A stretch of 45,470 bases of DNA from Planctomycetota bacterium (lineage in GTDB: Bacteria > Planctomycetota > PUPC01), in contig JBDREM010000124.1 in assembly GCA_043819695.1 (NCBI GenBank), positions 1 to 45,470 on the forward strand, in the 5' to 3' direction. Every line of letters starts with the position of its first letter. Position 1 is the stretch's first letter. The translations under genes were made by a program, and so were the position numbers. Of the stretch, positions 42,032-45,470 are shown one piece after another. The notes beneath the pieces were generated by a model. That model did not search any database and was not told the origin of the DNA. It was given only the letters and a program-made list of their open reading frames with translations.

Positions 42032-42400
42032 TCAGTACAGGCCGATGAGATCCAGGAACTGAGCCAGCCCGATGTCAAGGCCGTAAATCATCAAGCCCAG
42101 GAGCACCGTCGTCGCGATGACCACGGTCGTCGAGCCGACGATCTCCTCGCGGTTGGGCCAGACGACCTTGCGCATCTCGCTCTCGGTGTCGATCAGCACG
42201 TCGCCCGTCTTCCGGTGGAAGAAGGCGAGGAAGAGCGTGGCGACGGCGAGCGCGAGAAACGCCACGCCGCCCCAGATGTATGAGGCGGGCGGCTTGGCCA
42301 GCGCCATCGCCGACCGCGTCACGGCGACGGTAATGATGCCGCCGACGATGGCCACGGGCGCCCGCGCCCACATCCCTTCGTCTTTCTTATAGATGCCCAA
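42032..42400 (-). CDS. secE: Preprotein translocase subunit SecE (3-TM form)
   Basis: EMRKVVWP motif; three hydrophobic segments; start uncertain (TTG at 42400, 42424 or 42433). Confidence 0.92.
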   Translation of the reverse strand: MGIYKKDEGMWARAPVAIVGGIITVAVTRSAMALAKPPASYIWGGVAFLALAVATLFLAFFHRKTGDVLIDTESEMRKVVWPNREEIVGSTTVVIATTVLLGLMIYGLDIGLAQFLDLIGLY

Positions 42401-42443
42401 TCGCCCTGCCCTGCTTCGCGCCAATTCCTGCAACCGCTTGCGG

Positions 42444-42520
42444 TGGCAGGCCAGAAGGGACTCGAACCCCTAACCGCCGGTTTTGGAGACCGGTGCTCTA
42501 CCAAATTGAGCTACTGGCCT
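42444..42520 (-). tRNA. tRNA-Trp(CCA)
   Basis: AGGCCAGTAGCTCAATTTGG...CCGGT-CTCCAAA-ACCGG...TGGCCTGCCA. Confidence 0.96.
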
Positions 42521-42551
42521 ACGCGAGCCGGCCGCGAATCACCGGCCCGGG

Positions 42552-42701
42552 TCACTTCTTGCGTTCCTTGTGCGTCGTGTGCTTCCTGCAGAAGCGGCAA
42601 TACTTGCTCAGCTCCAGTTTGTCCGTGCCGCGTGTCTCCTTGCTGGTACGGTAGTTCTGCTGCTTGCACTCGGTGCATTCGAGCGTCACGTACTGTCGCA
42701 T
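42552..42701 (-). CDS. rpmG: 50S ribosomal protein L33 (zinc-ribbon form)
   Basis: [49 protein letters not shown], translated by hand (below the ORF-track cutoff). Confidence 0.95.
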   Translation of the reverse strand: MRQYVTLECTECKQQNYRTSKETRGTDKLELSKYCRFCRKHTTHKERKK

Positions 42702-42756
42702 CGTTCTCTCTGTCCTTTATCCGCCCGAGCATCGCCTGCGGCGTCCGGCGTGACCG

Positions 42757-43959
<1,203 letters not shown>

Positions 43960-44082
43960 AACACCTCCTCCATGCGCCTGAAGCCCCGACCGCCCGCGCT
44001 CCACACGCGAACTCAGGAGCTTGGATTGCCTGCCACTTTGCACAATCAGCGGGACCGCCCCGCCGTCATACACGTCATAGAG

Positions 44083-44154
44083 AGCTGGTGATGGGGGTCG
44101 AACCCATGACCTCGTCCTTACCAAGGACGCGCTCTGCCACTGAGCTACACCAGC
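44083..44154 (-). tRNA. tRNA-Thr(GGT)
   Basis: GCTGGTGTAGCTCAGTGG...CGTCC-TTGGTAA-GGACG...CACCAGCT; CCA not encoded. Confidence 0.95.
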
Positions 44155-44167
44155 CTGCGCGAAGGAC

Positions 44168-44241
44168 TGGAGCGGGCGAAGGGGATCGAACCCTCACGAC
44201 CAGCTTGGAAGGCTGGGGCTCTACCATTGAGCTACGCCCGC
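44168..44241 (-). tRNA. tRNA-Gly(TCC)
   Basis: GCGGGCGTAGCTCAATGG...CCAGC-CTTCCAA-GCTGG...GCCCGCTCCA. Confidence 0.96.
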
Positions 44242-44295
44242 AGTACCGGGCCTTCGTCCTGCCCTGCCTCGACCCCGACGCATCCGGGCGAAAGC

Positions 44296-44380
44296 TGGTG
44301 GGCAGAGCAGGATTCGAACCTGCGAAGGCGGAGCCACCAGATTTACAGTCTGGTCCCTTTGGCCACTCGGGAATCTGCCC
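44296..44380 (-). tRNA. tRNA-Tyr(GTA)
   Basis: GGGCAGATTCCCGAGTGGCC...CCAGA-CTGTAAA-TCTGG, long variable arm, ...CTGCCCACCA. Confidence 0.96.
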
Positions 44381-44480
44381 GTAAGCGCGTCCCGCAACGT
44401 CCCGGTCCGCCCATCCGGGCGCCCGGTACGCCATAAACTAACGCCCAGCTCCAGCATCAGCTTATCAAACGGCCCGCCAA

Positions 44481-44555
44481 TGGAGCCAGCGGTGAGAATC
44501 GAACTCACAACCTGCGGTTTACAAAACCGCTGCTCTGCCTTTGAGCTACGCTGGC
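44481..44555 (-). tRNA. tRNA-Thr(TGT)
   Basis: GCCAGCGTAGCTCAAAGG...GCGGT-TTTGTAA-ACCGC...GCTGGCTCCA. Confidence 0.96.
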
Positions 44556-44587
44556 CGCGGAATAGGCAGCTCAAAGCCGAATTAAGA

Positions 44588-44655
44588 ACCATATCACATT
44601 TTCTTCATAAGTCAATGAAAAAGCACGCACTTTTTTTGGGGTTTTTTAAAAAAGC
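44588..44655 (-). promoter_or_regulatory. Putative sigma70 promoter of the tRNA-tuf operon with an UP-like A/T tract
   Basis: TTGACT (44615-44610), 16-nt spacer, TG-n-TATGGT (-10 at 44593-44588); A/T runs at 44616-44655. Confidence 0.65.
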
Positions 44656-44823
44656 CAAAGAATCGCACCGGTCCCGGCCCGTCAGGCATGCACGGCCGGC
44701 GCTCACCCGGGCCGCCAGCGAGGCCCCAGGACCTCAGCCGTCACCTTTCTGCATGGAAATCGCTTGCAATACCTCGGCAAGGAGGAAACAATTAGGGAGT
44801 GAGGCGCCGGCAATCGCCTTCTT

Positions 44824-44896
44824 GGCAGGATCAACTGGATGGACAGGATGACGGCGCGCCATCGCGCTGTATCCCCCCTGATCCTGTAATCCTGTC
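44824..44896. repeat. Inverted nonamer-type repeat element (GACAGGATG/ATCCTGTC)
   Basis: GGCAGGATC AACTGGATG GACAGGATG ... ATCCTGTA ATCCTGTC. Confidence 0.65.
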
Positions 44897-44949
44897 GAGC
44901 TTTTCGCGCCCGGAGTCTCGTAGGCTCACATCGAACGGAGGCAACAACA

Positions 44950-45470
44950 ATGTTCCGCTCACGCTCTCGCCGCAGGACGCTCGGCTTCACGCTCGTCGAA
45001 GTCCTCGCCGCCACGTCCATCATCGCCGGCCTGCACAGCCAGGGCAACTACCGCTACGCCGTCAACCAGGCCAATGAAGTCAAGGGCGTCCACAACCTCA
45101 AGCAGATCCACATGATGCTCCGGATGCAGACAATGACGACCGGCAAACTCCCCAACGCCGTCTTCTTCCCCAAAGGCGATCCCAAGAAGGACCCGAAATC
45201 CATCACGCGGCTCATCGAGGGTGTCCCGCAGCAGATGTTCATCTCACCATTCGCCCCGGGCGCCCTCAAGAAGAAGGGCCTCACGTTCGCGTGGAACGAC
45301 ACCGTCAACGGTAAATCCCTCGACCGCCTGCCGCGCAACACCTGGCTCCTCATCGACATCGCCGCCTTCATCGCCGACCCCAAGCTGCCCAAGCCCAAGA
45401 GCTACCTCATCCTCTACGCCGACGGCCGCGCCCAAGCCATCGACGAACTCCCGCCCGACATCGTCAAAGC
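44950..45470 (+). CDS. Prepilin-type N-terminal cleavage/methylation protein (DUF1559-like), 3'-truncated by the window edge
   Basis: GGAGG SD at 44937-44941; MFRSRSRRRTLG/FTLVEVLAATSIIAGL...NLKQI...YLILYADGRA; frame open to the window end. Confidence 0.75.
   Translation, partial: MFRSRSRRRTLGFTLVEVLAATSIIAGLHSQGNYRYAVNQANEVKGVHNLKQIHMMLRMQTMTTGKLPNAVFFPKGDPKKDPKSITRLIEGVPQQMFISPFAPGALKKKGLTFAWNDTVNGKSLDRLPRNTWLLIDIAAFIADPKLPKPKSYLILYADGRAQAIDELPPDIVK

Overview
This is a high-GC bacterial chromosome segment, very probably Planctomycetota (inferred from the EF-Tu switch-I, RpoB and S12 signatures and a DUF1559-like prepilin gene). About 44 kb is one co-directional minus-strand run of core genes. 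In transcription order it reads: tRNA-Thr/Tyr/Gly/Thr, tuf, rpmG, tRNA-Trp, secE, nusG, rplKAJL, rpoBC, rpsLG, fusA, the S10/spc/alpha blocks, tRNA-Val, thrS, infC, rpmI, rplT, pheS, a 1470-aa PpiD/SurA-like gene and uvrA. The left end holds the tail of an IS1-family transposase and a two-repeat, one-spacer CRISPR-like unit. The right end starts a plus-strand prepilin-type gene. The most notable points are: (1) a tandem-duplicated ~79-aa foreign domain inserted in RpoC just after the secondary-channel rim helices; (2) rplC is cleanly missing between rpsJ and rplD, and rpmD and pheT are also absent from their usual positions; (3) at least eight intergenic spacers share one architecture, a periodic 6/7/9-mer arm, a GC core and a reverse-complement arm; (4) infC appears to start at ACG; (5) rpmI carries a 1-nt frameshift; (6) tRNA-Val(GAC) has C33. 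All assignments come from reading motifs by eye; no database searches were run.
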